Shown: piece by piece, positions 1 to 8,552 of the stretch | Position numbering within the stretch: the first letter of the stretch is position 1 | Layout: the number at the start of each line of letters is the position of its first letter | Sequence record: NC_019405.1 | Reading direction: 5' to 3' (one strand) | Length of the DNA: 64,000 nt | Translations under genes and position numbers: made by a program | The notes under the pieces: generated by a model | The model's input: the letters and a program-made list of their open reading frames with translations, nothing else | Databases searched by the model: none | Told to the model about the DNA's origin: nothing

Positions 1-171
1 GTAAGCGCAGCCGTCCTGGATGGACTTGCCCTCCAGGAGGGCCGCCCAGTTCATGCAGATGTCGCCCCACTTCTTGGCGGCCAGGACATCCCAGGCGGTG
101 CGTTGCTTGGCGTCGCGCTCGTAATAGACCCTGGCGGCGTCGCGCAGATGATCGGAGAAGGTCTGGATCAT
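1..171 (-). CDS. hypothetical protein (N-terminal 57 codons; runs off window)
   Basis: ATG at 171 overlaps the TGA of the upstream gene; open frame MIQTFSDHLRDAARVYYERD... to window edge. Confidence 0.6.
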   Translation of the reverse strand, partial: MIQTFSDHLRDAARVYYERDAKQRTAWDVLAAKKWGDICMNWAALLEGKSIQDGCAY

Positions 172-464
172 CAGTCGACCTTCGGTTCGCGCTTGAAGCG
201 GCCGTTCTCGTCATAGCGGTCCGGGTTGGCGCCGGGGGCGTGGAAGCCCGCCATCGAGCCGATCTCCATGGCCGCGCGCTGCGCCGGCGTAACGCCCATG
301 CGCTGGTTCATGGCGGTGACGGCGGCCTCGCCCTGGACCCCGTAGTCGGTGGGGTAGTAGCCGGTCTCGTCCTTCTTCAGGATGACCGTCTCGCCCGTCT
401 CGATGTTGATCGAGTAGCAGAGGTCGGGCAGGGCCGCGAGATTGATCTGGCGTTGGGTCAGCAT
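171..464 (-). CDS. hypothetical protein, 97 aa
   Basis: ORF with AAGGAGG SD, first gene after the promoter at 494-522. Confidence 0.75.
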   Translation of the reverse strand: MLTQRQINLAALPDLCYSINIETGETVILKKDETGYYPTDYGVQGEAAVTAMNQRMGVTPAQRAAMEIGSMAGFHAPGANPDRYDENGRFKREPKVD

Positions 465-493
465 GGAGGCCTCCTTGTTGTCGTCGAGGATGG

Positions 494-522
494 CTTCTAG
501 CCGGCCCAGGTCAGGTTGTCAA
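494..522 (-). promoter_or_regulatory. sigma70-type promoter cassette
   Basis: GTGTTGACA-17-TAGAAG on minus strand, followed by the ACGACAA element (478-484) and SD. Confidence 0.75.
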
Positions 523-839
523 CACTCGACAGCCAAGTAGACGTTTCGGCGCGGCTCATAGGGGAGATCGTTGGCGATCGCCATCAGCCAGCCGGCGTGG
601 CAGCGCTTGGGAGCGCAGTGGCAGACGAGATGGAAGCCCTTGAAGTTGGCCTTGACCCAGGCGACGAACGCCTCGTCCTTGGACTTCAGGGCGATGTACT
701 TGTCGATCACCGTGTCGCGATCGCCATCCTGACCGATGCGGAATTCGTTGCCCGCCGGGGTCCCCCGGCCGACGTACTTGGACATCGGCGGGAGATGGCC
801 TGGGAACTCGCTTCGGCTGAGAACGCGCAGTTCGATCAT
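519..839 (-). CDS. DUF4326-like protein
   Basis: YVGRGTPAGNEF ... LVCHCAPKRCH motifs match the DUF4326 pattern. Confidence 0.75.
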   Translation of the reverse strand: MIELRVLSRSEFPGHLPPMSKYVGRGTPAGNEFRIGQDGDRDTVIDKYIALKSKDEAFVAWVKANFKGFHLVCHCAPKRCHAGWLMAIANDLPYEPRRNVYLAVEC

Positions 840-1474
840 GCCGCCCGGCTCTCCACGTAGTCGGCGAGGATCGCCAGGGTGTCCTCGGCCGAGGTGTGGA
901 GGATCGAGAAGCCCCCAGCCCGGTTCCAGGCCACGCAGTTGGCGACGCGATCGTCGATCAGGATTTGGTGGTCGGAGTGCTTGCGGTGCATGAACTCCTG
1001 CTTCTTGGCCGAGGTCGTGCAGATGAAGCGGTGGTCCTCGATCCGGATGCGATCGGGCACCATGCCGGCCACGGCCTCGTCCCCGGAGAACATCTCGGCG
1101 AACGCCTGGGGCAGAAGCGTCTCCTCGATCCAGCGCCGCTTGCCATAGGCCGCGCCCAGCCAGTAGGGGTGGATCAGGAAGTCCTCGTCCGTCGCCCCGA
1201 ACTTGGGCGAGGCGGTCAGGATGATCGGATCGGCCTCGAACACCGCCGTGTAGAGGTCGACGGCGCCGGGCATGAACGGCAGGGTCTCGAAGAAGTTCGT
1301 GCCCTCGATCTTGCGGTACATCCCCTGCTTCCAGAGGTTGGCTTCGTCGTCCATCGCGTGGCTCGACTTGTTGTACTCGGAATCGGGCTCGAACCCGAGC
1401 CGGCGGATGCCCGCGTCGAAATCGGCCAGGACGCCGTCCATGTCGAGATAGATGGCGAAGTTCTTCAGGTTCAT
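836..1474 (-). CDS. HAD-family 5'(3')-deoxyribonucleotidase (NT5C-like)
   Basis: IYLDMDGVLADF (HAD motif I) and ILIDDR..N...W motifs; ATG 1474 has a GGAG SD (GTG 1480 is an alternative start). Confidence 0.8.
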   Translation of the reverse strand: MNLKNFAIYLDMDGVLADFDAGIRRLGFEPDSEYNKSSHAMDDEANLWKQGMYRKIEGTNFFETLPFMPGAVDLYTAVFEADPIILTASPKFGATDEDFLIHPYWLGAAYGKRRWIEETLLPQAFAEMFSGDEAVAGMVPDRIRIEDHRFICTTSAKKQEFMHRKHSDHQILIDDRVANCVAWNRAGGFSILHTSAEDTLAILADYVESRAA

Positions 1475-1476
1475 GG

Positions 1477-1677
1477 TCACTCCGGAAATTGCGCGTGCAG
1501 CCCCATGGCGATGCGCGCCAGTTCGTAGGCGGTCTTGGTCTCCAACTCGCGGGTCGGCGTGCGCTCGATCTTGAGTTGGTCGCTCATCATGTGGATGGCG
1601 TGGATGATGTCGCTCTTGCGCCTCTTCTCGTAGTAGCGGTGCGACGCGGTGGCGCGGATTTCGACGATCGCCATCAC
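1477..1677 (-). CDS. hypothetical protein, 66 aa
   Basis: coupled ORF with stop/start overlaps. Confidence 0.65.
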   Translation of the reverse strand: MMAIVEIRATASHRYYEKRRKSDIIHAIHMMSDQLKIERTPTRELETKTAYELARIAMGLHAQFPE

Positions 1678-2036
1678 AGGGCTCCCGCGCAGGCCAGAGC
1701 CATCGCCCAGCCGCGCTCGGTCGGCTCGAAGCGGGCGATCGGCCCCTTGACGTTCGGATCGTCGGAGAAATGCGGGTCGAGCCAGCCCTTGTTGGCGTGG
1801 ATCACCTCGTCGAGCGAGCGCGCCTCATAGACCAGGATTTTGCGGCCCTCGTAGTTGAGGGCGTCGGGGTACATGATCTCGACCACCGTGCAGCGGCCGA
1901 CCTCCTGGCCCCGGATGAGCCTCCAGCGCGCCGGGTCGGGATCGCCCGGCGTCAGCGTCACGGGAGACTGCCCGCCGGAGAAAAGCCGCATCTTGCTGGG
2001 CTCACGCGCCGAGCGTCCGGTCGAGAACAATCGCAT
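1674..2036 (-). CDS. hypothetical phage protein
   Basis: start moved to ATG 2036; NYEGRKILV...LDPHF...PIARFEPTERGW reads as a real protein. Confidence 0.7.
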   Translation of the reverse strand: MRLFSTGRSAREPSKMRLFSGGQSPVTLTPGDPDPARWRLIRGQEVGRCTVVEIMYPDALNYEGRKILVYEARSLDEVIHANKGWLDPHFSDDPNVKGPIARFEPTERGWAMALACAGAL

Positions 2037-2043
2037 CCCCACC

Positions 2044-2430
2044 CTAGTCTCCCAGGCCCTGCATGGCGTTGTCGCGACTGTCCTCGGCGTCGGGCCGAGA
2101 CGCCAGGGCCGCCAGAAGGTCAACCGAGAGGTGGCGGTTGTAGATCGCCACGCCCTTATACTTGAAAAGCTCGCTGGCCTCGTGGATCAGCGCCCGCTCA
2201 ACCGCCGCCCAGGCCGTCTGGACGATCTCGGTGTCGGTGGTGTAGTAGGAGAGCTTCCACTTGCGCCCCTTCCACATCTCCGGCTCGCCGGTGACGGTGT
2301 TGACCCCGTCCTTGCAGACGATCTGGAGCCAGACCTCGGTGCGGCTGGTCCCGAGTCGGAACTCGAAGCCAGGATAGCTCAGGCGGTCGACGATGGTGCG
2401 GATCGATTGGGCGCTGCGACGATTCGCCAT
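2044..2430 (-). CDS. hypothetical phage protein, 128 aa
   Basis: phage-like codon usage; GRKWKLS...EIVQTA...HEASE motif. Confidence 0.7.
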   Translation of the reverse strand: MANRRSAQSIRTIVDRLSYPGFEFRLGTSRTEVWLQIVCKDGVNTVTGEPEMWKGRKWKLSYYTTDTEIVQTAWAAVERALIHEASELFKYKGVAIYNRHLSVDLLAALASRPDAEDSRDNAMQGLGD

Positions 2431-2432
2431 GC

Positions 2433-2894
2433 TCAGGGCCTCGACTTGATCAGCTTCTTCTTGCGTCGGGGCGGGCGCGGCGCGAGCGGGAAGCCGTGAT
2501 CCGCGTACACGGGTTCGGGCGGCGGGGCGGGGAGGTCCGCCGGGCGTTCCAGGCTAAAGGCGTCCGCGTCGAGGTCGTAGATCGACACCCGATCGCTGTA
2601 GCCGTAGCGGTTGTCATGGTAGGTGATCCCGACGTCTCCCAGGCTGGAGACCATGATCACCCGGCAGGCCTTGCCCTTGTAGCGGCCGTAGAGCTTCGGC
2701 ATGAAGCCGGCCTCCTCGATCGCCAGGGTCTCGGTGGCGTTGCCGGCGTTCAGCGCCAGAAAGCCCCGCACGATGGCCGGCAGCTTGTAGTCGCAGATCG
2801 CGCGGCTGTTGCTGACCTCGTAGGGCATGCCGATCTTGCCCTCCATCAGGGCGCCCAGGACCTCGGCGTCGCTCAGGGTTTCAGTCTCGGCCAT
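2433..2894 (-). CDS. hypothetical phage protein
   Basis: start moved to ATG 2894 (MAETETL...); upstream part of the track ORF overlaps the next gene. Confidence 0.7.
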   Translation of the reverse strand: MAETETLSDAEVLGALMEGKIGMPYEVSNSRAICDYKLPAIVRGFLALNAGNATETLAIEEAGFMPKLYGRYKGKACRVIMVSSLGDVGITYHDNRYGYSDRVSIYDLDADAFSLERPADLPAPPPEPVYADHGFPLAPRPPRRKKKLIKSRP

Positions 2895-3150
2895 AGGTGA
2901 TCCTGTACGGGAGCCCGCCGACGCAGATTTTCCCGCGTCGGCCGTCGGCGGTGGTGAAACGGAAGCCCTGGCGGCTCTTGGTGCCGGCGCAGGACCACCA
3001 TGCGCGGTGGAAGCTGACGACCTCGACGCCGGTGTCGCGCTCGACCAGATGTCGAGCATGACGTCCCTCCCAGGTGTAGGCCCAGACCCCGATGGCGAAG
3101 AAGACCAGAGTCAGGGAGCCATAGACGGCCCCTTTGACATAGTCCTCCAT
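2881..3150 (-). CDS. small membrane protein, 89 aa
   Basis: N-terminal hydrophobic helix AVYGSLTLVFFAIGVWAY. Confidence 0.65.
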   Translation of the reverse strand: MEDYVKGAVYGSLTLVFFAIGVWAYTWEGRHARHLVERDTGVEVVSFHRAWWSCAGTKSRQGFRFTTADGRRGKICVGGLPYRITYGRD

Positions 3151-3527
3151 CAGGCCGCCACGAGCCCGGTGATCACGTCGGTGACGATGCGACGCTTCTC
3201 GGCCGGCATGCCCGCCAGCGCCAGGATCGTCTTGGCGCCGATCTCGGCGACGGCGGTCTCGACGTCGGCCCGGCCGTCGGTCAGGAACGCCGGATCGTCG
3301 ACCGGCGGATAGAAATGCCCGATGTCCTTCTTCAGGAACTGGGCCGCCTCATAGAGCTTCGAGGACGAGATGCGGTTATGCCCGCGCTCGTATTTCTGGA
3401 CCTGCTGGAAGGTCACGCCGATCGCCTCGGCGAGTTGGCCTTGCGAGAAGCCGGCCGTCTTGCGGGTGTCGCGCAGCTTGCGCCCCACATAGACGTCGAC
3501 GGGGTGCGGGGTCTTGTCGTCAGCCAT
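3150..3527 (-). CDS. XRE-family HTH transcriptional regulator
   Basis: PHPVDVYVGRKLR...SQGQLAEAIGVTFQQVQKYERGHNRISSSKL, the alphaproteobacterial XRE signature; start ATG 3527. Confidence 0.9.
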   Translation of the reverse strand: MADDKTPHPVDVYVGRKLRDTRKTAGFSQGQLAEAIGVTFQQVQKYERGHNRISSSKLYEAAQFLKKDIGHFYPPVDDPAFLTDGRADVETAVAEIGAKTILALAGMPAEKRRIVTDVITGLVAA

Positions 3528-4506
3528 GAGCGGCTTCCTCCTTCTGCTTCTTGGACCGCAGGTCGCGGCGGTGTTTAAAGGCCGCGCGCAGGGCCTGGGT
3601 GGTGTCGTCGTGCATGCCCAGGTCCGCCCCATCGGGCGCGACCACGCTGTTCTGGAGACCGAACCGATAGCCCTCGGCCGTCAGTTCATAGACCGCCTGC
3701 TCCTCGTGCATCTGGGCGAGGTGGCGATAATATTCGGCCAGCGCCAGTTCGTAGTCGCCCAGGAAGAGGCGCGCGTTGCGCTCGACGCCGGCGACCTCGG
3801 CGCGGAAGGTCAGCAGGAACCGCCCAGGCCCGACATGCGTCAGCTTGTAGCCGTGTTCGGCCAGCACCTCGTCGACGGTCTTGGTGACCGTGTAGATGTG
3901 GAAGGTGTAGACGGCTTCGATGTGGGTGTCGTCGTAGAGATACTCGGACCGGTTTTGATGCTCGCCGATGTAGGGACCCCACTTGTGGTAGCGCCAGCCG
4001 CCGGACGCGGGCTGGTGCTCACGCCGGACTTCCACCATCGAGATGAAGTAGGGCGTGTCCGGATCGTCGATCAGGTCGGGGATGCAGGCGAGAAGCTGCT
4101 CGGGGCTGTCGCAGACGCCGTAGCTTTCGACCAGATAGGGGATGCGCCTATAGCCCTCGGGGACCGGCGGGACCTCGTCCAGGTACTCGGTGTCGAGCAC
4201 CTCGATCTTGTACTTGTCGTGGAGCAGGTTGATCCGCGCCTCGCGGCGGTCTCCGTCGGCCTTGATCCAGGCCCGGACCGCAGCGCTGCGCTCCTCCTCG
4301 GTCTGGCCGCGTTCGTGGGGCGGACCCCACTTGCTGTCGCGGTCCTCGATCTTTTCGACGATCTCGTACTCGGGATTCCAGGAGCCCATCGAGTAGACGC
4401 CCTGGTGGAGGCGAATGGGCTTGCGGGCGCGGTTGTTCATTTCCGCGATCATCTTGGCGATCGGGTCGACTTCCGAGGCGGGGCGCAGGGTGATGTCGTA
4501 GAGCAT
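3520..4506 (-). CDS. hypothetical phage protein, 328 aa
   Basis: start moved to ATG 4506 (overlaps upstream TGA); YGVCDS..Q...GGWRYHKWGPYIG motif. Confidence 0.7.
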   Translation of the reverse strand: MLYDITLRPASEVDPIAKMIAEMNNRARKPIRLHQGVYSMGSWNPEYEIVEKIEDRDSKWGPPHERGQTEEERSAAVRAWIKADGDRREARINLLHDKYKIEVLDTEYLDEVPPVPEGYRRIPYLVESYGVCDSPEQLLACIPDLIDDPDTPYFISMVEVRREHQPASGGWRYHKWGPYIGEHQNRSEYLYDDTHIEAVYTFHIYTVTKTVDEVLAEHGYKLTHVGPGRFLLTFRAEVAGVERNARLFLGDYELALAEYYRHLAQMHEEQAVYELTAEGYRFGLQNSVVAPDGADLGMHDDTTQALRAAFKHRRDLRSKKQKEEAAHG

Positions 4507-4787
4507 CAGGCGGCGCCCTGGGCGATTTCGTAGGTGATCTTCGAGACGCCGATATCGACCACGAACCGGTCGGGCGAGCCGTCGAACACGTAGTTGGCCT
4601 GACACCCAATCGGCATCATCTTGCCGTTGTCCATCCAGATCGCGTCCGGCGTGGCCTCGACCACGCCGCGCACCTGCGCCTGGGCCGGAGAAGGTTGCAT
4701 CTCCACGCCGCCCACGGTGATCGCCACGGCCGCGAGACGCGCGCCCGGCTGGTTCAACTTGGCGATCAGGTCCTGGATCGAGTTCAC
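4506..4787 (-). CDS. hypothetical protein, 93 aa
   Basis: GTG 4787 with GAAGGAGG SD downstream of the promoter at 4819-4847. Confidence 0.7.
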   Translation of the reverse strand: MNSIQDLIAKLNQPGARLAAVAITVGGVEMQPSPAQAQVRGVVEATPDAIWMDNGKMMPIGCQANYVFDGSPDRFVVDIGVSKITYEIAQGAA

Positions 4788-4818
4788 GCGGCCTCCTTCT
4801 GTCGTTGTGTCGACATAA

Positions 4819-4847
4819 GCTCTAGCCGTGGTTTTCCGGCCTGTCAA
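4819..4847 (-). promoter_or_regulatory. sigma70-type promoter cassette
   Basis: GTGTTGACA-17-TAGAGC, then TGTCG-ACACAA-CGACA. Confidence 0.7.
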
Positions 4848-4866
4848 CACACAACCGCCAAGGGTC

Positions 4867-4898
4867 AAAAGAAAACCGCCGCCCCGAAGGACGGCGGT
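4867..4898 (-). terminator. intrinsic terminator
   Basis: CCGCCGTCC-TTCG-GGGCGGCGG followed by TTTTCTTTT on minus strand, after the 707-aa gene. Confidence 0.8.
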
Positions 4899-4924
4899 CA
4901 TGACAGAGCATGTCAGGAGGGACG

Positions 4925-7048
4925 TCAGACGTCCAGAGCGAAGGCCGGCGGGGAGACGTCCGGCTTCTGAATGATGAATCCCCGATCCAAGAGGGGCGGG
5001 AAGACCTGCTTGAGCACGCCGGCCGCGACCCCGGCTTCCTCGGCGATTTCGGCGAACGTGAAGGCCTCGCGCTGGCCGGCGCTGGCGACAAACAGATCGT
5101 TGAGCGCCAGGATCACCGCGCCCGCCGGACTGATCTCGTAGGCCATGTCGAAATTCGGGTCTTCCGACAGCCGCAGCAGGCCTTCCGCCTCCAGGTTCGC
5201 GATGAGCGCCTTGAGTTGGTCGACCTTGACCGCGCCAAGATGGGTTTGGATTTCCCAGGGCGCCGCCGGCTCCTCGGCGCGCACGGCTTGCAGCGTCGCG
5301 ATCAAGGCGATCGCCGGCATGGCCCGCACGATCATCTCGTCGCCAACCGTCAGGTCCGGGGCGTTGACCAGCAGGTCATTGATCACCGCGTCGCCGTGGG
5401 TCTCGACATAGGTCCGCAGCCGCTTGAGGGCGACCAGGAAATCGTCCTTGGTGATCGGCTCGATGCGGAAGGTCAGGAGCGGGTCGGTCGGAATCTCCGA
5501 GAAGTAGGCCCGACCCCGGTGGCTCCAGCCCTCGACCACATGCAGGAAGAGATCGATCGGCATGGCGACGGCGCCAAAGCCCAGTCGCGCATCGTCCGTC
5601 GCCTCCTCGACCTGCGCCAAGGCGTTGTCGATCGCTTCGAGCGTGAAGCCCCCGACAAGGCCGTTTTCCGCCGCGTCCAGCACGTTGGCCGCTTCTTCGG
5701 TGCCGAGCCCTTCGACGACCATTTCCGAGGCCTCCTGAGCCGTTTCCTGCGGCAGGGCGTCGGCGAGCTTGCTCATCGCCTCGGCGACGCCGCTCGTGTC
5801 GAGTTCCAGCTTCAGGGCCAGCTTCTCGGGACGCGCCGAGTAGGGCACGCCCTGGATCACCACGGCGCCCAGGTCGCCGACGACGCGCTTGGTCACTTCC
5901 AGATAGGCGTAGCGCGAGGCGGCGTTGAGCAGCGACAGCCGTTCGAAGACGATCTGCTGCTCCTGCTCGCGCGACAGGATGCCCGTCTCCAGGATGAACA
6001 GCGGCTCGGAGCCGTCCAACGGAGGCTTGGCCTCGCCGTCGTCTTCCGGAAGGTCCTCGTCGAAATCGGCGCCGCTGATCGGCTCGCTCTCCGGCGGGGT
6101 GAAGCGGATGCCCGGCTCGCGGGGCGGTTCGGCGGGAGTGGCGTCGTCGAGAGGCATGTCGGTCCTTTGAGGCTTGGAGGTGATGAAGAGCGTGGTGAGA
6201 TCGACGTCCCAGACCCCGCGCCCGTCGGTGAAGAGCGCCATGAAGGTCCCCAGGCGCGCATCCCAGCGGATGGTCTGGATCACGCCGTTGACTTCGCCAT
6301 AGACGCCGGTCGCCCCCACGAGTTCATCGCGCAGGACCTCCGCATGGTCGTGGCACTCACCAAGCGTCGCCGGACGCACGGCGTGGAACGGGTATTGCTG
6401 ATAGGCGCCCGGCGGCGAGACGAGGCGGACATTGACGTAGAGCGGCCCCAGATAGGTGTGGGCGTCGCGCAGGAAGCCGACCACGGTCTCCCCGTCGTTC
6501 TGGGTCGCCACCACGGGCATGCCGGCGCAGTTAGCCGTCAGGACCGCCGGATAGTCCTGGGGATAGGCCACGGCGTACAGGTGGAGATGATCACCCCGGC
6601 GCTGGGCCTTCCAGTCGGCGACACACCAAGCCGCCACCCGCGTGGCCCCGAACTCCGGCGTCTCCTCGATCAAGACGCCGCCGTCCGGAAGGTCCGCCTG
6701 CCCGACGTAAGGAACGACCTCGCTATGGCTGACGCTCCAGGCGGGCTTGGGAAATTGCGGGGTGATCATGAGCTTCTCGGTGAAGGTGAGATTGATGGCG
6801 TCGGCGTAGTGAACATACGGGCCGACCGGGGTAGTCCAGGGCGGATCACCCTTGCGGATGTCCGACAGCGGCACTGCGACGTGCCTGCCGTTGGGCTGGA
6901 CGATGTCGGCCAGGATGCGCGGCGGCTGGTGCATCAGGGTCACGACGTGCCCCTCGCCCGCCTCGAAGGTGCGGCTCTTGGGCCACCAGACCTTGGACCC
7001 GGTCCAGTGGATCGACTGGATGACGAGGTCTTGTTCGGTCCCGATCAT
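4925..7048 (-). CDS. large hypothetical protein with two C-terminal winged-helix-like segments, 707 aa
   Basis: long ORF with normal codon bias; LIANLEAEGLL..YEISPAG and FTFAEIAEEAGV..LLDRGFI resemble wHTH. Confidence 0.7.
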   Translation of the reverse strand: MIGTEQDLVIQSIHWTGSKVWWPKSRTFEAGEGHVVTLMHQPPRILADIVQPNGRHVAVPLSDIRKGDPPWTTPVGPYVHYADAINLTFTEKLMITPQFPKPAWSVSHSEVVPYVGQADLPDGGVLIEETPEFGATRVAAWCVADWKAQRRGDHLHLYAVAYPQDYPAVLTANCAGMPVVATQNDGETVVGFLRDAHTYLGPLYVNVRLVSPPGAYQQYPFHAVRPATLGECHDHAEVLRDELVGATGVYGEVNGVIQTIRWDARLGTFMALFTDGRGVWDVDLTTLFITSKPQRTDMPLDDATPAEPPREPGIRFTPPESEPISGADFDEDLPEDDGEAKPPLDGSEPLFILETGILSREQEQQIVFERLSLLNAASRYAYLEVTKRVVGDLGAVVIQGVPYSARPEKLALKLELDTSGVAEAMSKLADALPQETAQEASEMVVEGLGTEEAANVLDAAENGLVGGFTLEAIDNALAQVEEATDDARLGFGAVAMPIDLFLHVVEGWSHRGRAYFSEIPTDPLLTFRIEPITKDDFLVALKRLRTYVETHGDAVINDLLVNAPDLTVGDEMIVRAMPAIALIATLQAVRAEEPAAPWEIQTHLGAVKVDQLKALIANLEAEGLLRLSEDPNFDMAYEISPAGAVILALNDLFVASAGQREAFTFAEIAEEAGVAAGVLKQVFPPLLDRGFIIQKPDVSPPAFALDV

Positions 7049-7470
7049 GCGGACGCCGCCGCGCCGGCCGGCGTCAAGCCGTAGATGGTGGGGCCGCGCG
7101 GCGACTTTCCGAGCGCGACCACTTCCAGATAGCCCATATTATTCAAAGCCTTGGCTGTTTCATGATCGGGGTGATCGTTGAAGACGTTGAGGCGCCCGCC
7201 CTCGCCCATCGCCTGGGCGGCGCGCAGAAGACTCGCCTCGGCTTCGGTCAGGGTGACCAAGGCGACGTCCTCCAGCGCCACGTCGATCACGCAGGTCTGA
7301 CCCTGGTGAACAAACTCGATAATCGCCAGCCGGCGATAGGTCCCCGGCAGGACCGCGAGGCAGACGCCTCGGACCTCGACCTTCTGGCGGGCGGTGATCG
7401 GGAGATAGAGGCTCGTCTTGACGGCCTTGCCCTTGAGGGACAGATGCTCGTGCGTCGCCAGCGGGATCAT
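7045..7470 (-). CDS. hypothetical protein with C-terminal winged-helix-like motif
   Basis: TAKALNNMGYLEV....YGLTPAG; ATGA coupling. Confidence 0.65.
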   Translation of the reverse strand: MIPLATHEHLSLKGKAVKTSLYLPITARQKVEVRGVCLAVLPGTYRRLAIIEFVHQGQTCVIDVALEDVALVTLTEAEASLLRAAQAMGEGGRLNVFNDHPDHETAKALNNMGYLEVVALGKSPRGPTIYGLTPAGAAASA

Positions 7471-7712
7471 GGCTCGACCTTCCGGACAGTGTAGGAGAAT
7501 TCGTCGTGGACGCGACCGTCGAAACTAGCCTCGTAGCCGGGGCCGAGTTCGGCCAGGATGCGCGCCTCGATCTCGGCGAAGTCGATTTTCGCCATCGCCT
7601 GTTCGGCCGCCCGCATCTGCTGGAGGAAGCCGTCCTTGATCTGGCGCCCCGCCTCGGTGCGGATCGGGATGTTCTGGATCGGCGGCTCGGATTTCGACAG
7701 ACGCTCGCCCAT
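7467..7712 (-). CDS. 81-aa mini-protein made of family A DNA polymerase palm motifs
   Basis: GERLSKSEPPIQNIPIRTEAGRQIKDGF / IDFAEIEARILAEL / RVHDEF resemble PolA GRLSS..PNLQNIP, motif A and motif C; GGAGG SD; coupled to both neighbours. Confidence 0.75.
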   Translation of the reverse strand: MGERLSKSEPPIQNIPIRTEAGRQIKDGFLQQMRAAEQAMAKIDFAEIEARILAELGPGYEASFDGRVHDEFSYTVRKVEP

Positions 7713-8260
7713 CAGGCCCTCCGGCGATAGACCCGCACCGGGCGGGTGGGGAGGCGTTTCTCGGGCGGCTTGTAGGCGACCAGGGCATGGCTGATGCAGT
7801 AGACGCCTGCCTTGGCGCGGCACCCGCAATGGCCAAAGTCCGGCGAGTTCGGGTCGCCATAGGGCCAGCGGCACATTCCGCGCTTGAGTTCGGCCGTCGC
7901 GAACAGCCGCGCCGGGCGCGGCGGGATGACCGCCGTTCCTTCGGGGACCAGGGCGAGCTTGGGCTTGGCCGGCGGAGCGGGCTTTTCGACCTTCTTGGGC
8001 TTGCGCGCCGTGGCCTTCTTGACCTTGCGGACCTGGATGCCCAGGCCGCGCGTCTTCTTGCGGCGGGCGGTCGGAGGCGGAACCTTCTCGCCCAGTTCGC
8101 CGGCGGCCTTCAGTCGGTCGGCCTTGCCGCAGACGGCGCTCTTGGTGCGCGGCACGCTCAGGCGCTGACCGATCTCCTTGGTCCCGACCGGCTCCGCCCA
8201 GAGCTTCTTGAGCAGGGCGATGTCCTCGTCCGGCCAGTCGGAATTCCGCTTCTTCACCAC
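7712..8260 (-). CDS. gcrA: GcrA-like cell-cycle transcription regulator
   Basis: N-terminal W.DE.IALLKKLW...TKSAVCGKADRL and C-terminal CRWPYGDP..PDFGHCG...YC..H..AY, both GcrA hallmarks. Confidence 0.9.
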   Translation of the reverse strand: MVKKRNSDWPDEDIALLKKLWAEPVGTKEIGQRLSVPRTKSAVCGKADRLKAAGELGEKVPPPTARRKKTRGLGIQVRKVKKATARKPKKVEKPAPPAKPKLALVPEGTAVIPPRPARLFATAELKRGMCRWPYGDPNSPDFGHCGCRAKAGVYCISHALVAYKPPEKRLPTRPVRVYRRRA

Positions 8261-8267
8261 GCTTGCA

Positions 8268-8447
8268 CTACTCCTTGATCTCGACGCTCTTGGGCGGATT
8301 GGGATGAGGAACGAAGACCAGGGCCACGTCCTGACCGCCGGTATAGCGCGTGCGCCGGCTGTAGAGCCAGCCGCCTTCCACCGCCAACCGCTCGGTCACC
8401 TGACCATCGGCTTCGTCGATCTTTTCCCACTTGGACTTCTTAGCCAT
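8268..8447 (-). CDS. small hypothetical protein, 59 aa (absent from ORF track)
   Basis: GAGGGG SD, MAKKSKWEKIDEADGQVTERLAVEGGWLYSRR...FVP; similar to 15925-16221. Confidence 0.7.
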   Translation of the reverse strand: MAKKSKWEKIDEADGQVTERLAVEGGWLYSRRTRYTGGQDVALVFVPHPNPPKSVEIKE

Positions 8448-8468
8448 CTTCCCCTCGAATTTGGCGGC

Positions 8469-8497
8469 ACCCTAGAGGAGCGTTCGAGTGTTGACAA
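8469..8497 (-). promoter_or_regulatory. leftward promoter of divergent pair
   Basis: TTGTCA-17-TAGGGT on minus strand upstream of 8447. Confidence 0.55.
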
Positions 8498-8523
8498 GCA
8501 CCAATGTCGCTGGCTTTCGAGTG

Positions 8524-8552
8524 TTGACAAGTCCGGTGCTCGTCTATAGGGG
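8524..8552 (+). promoter_or_regulatory. rightward sigma70-type promoter cassette
   Basis: GTGTTGACA-17-TAGGGG, ACGACAA at 8561-8567, AAAGGAG SD. Confidence 0.7.

Noticed and set aside
4910-7084. 724-aa plus-strand ORF
   Set aside because: Antisense shadow of the 707-aa minus-strand gene, which has the coupled neighbours and terminator
7467-7712. Calling the mini-PolA ORF a functional DNA polymerase or a pseudogene
   Set aside because: It lacks fingers, thumb and exonuclease, so it cannot be a standalone polymerase; intact SD, coupling and clean motif joins argue against assuming decay
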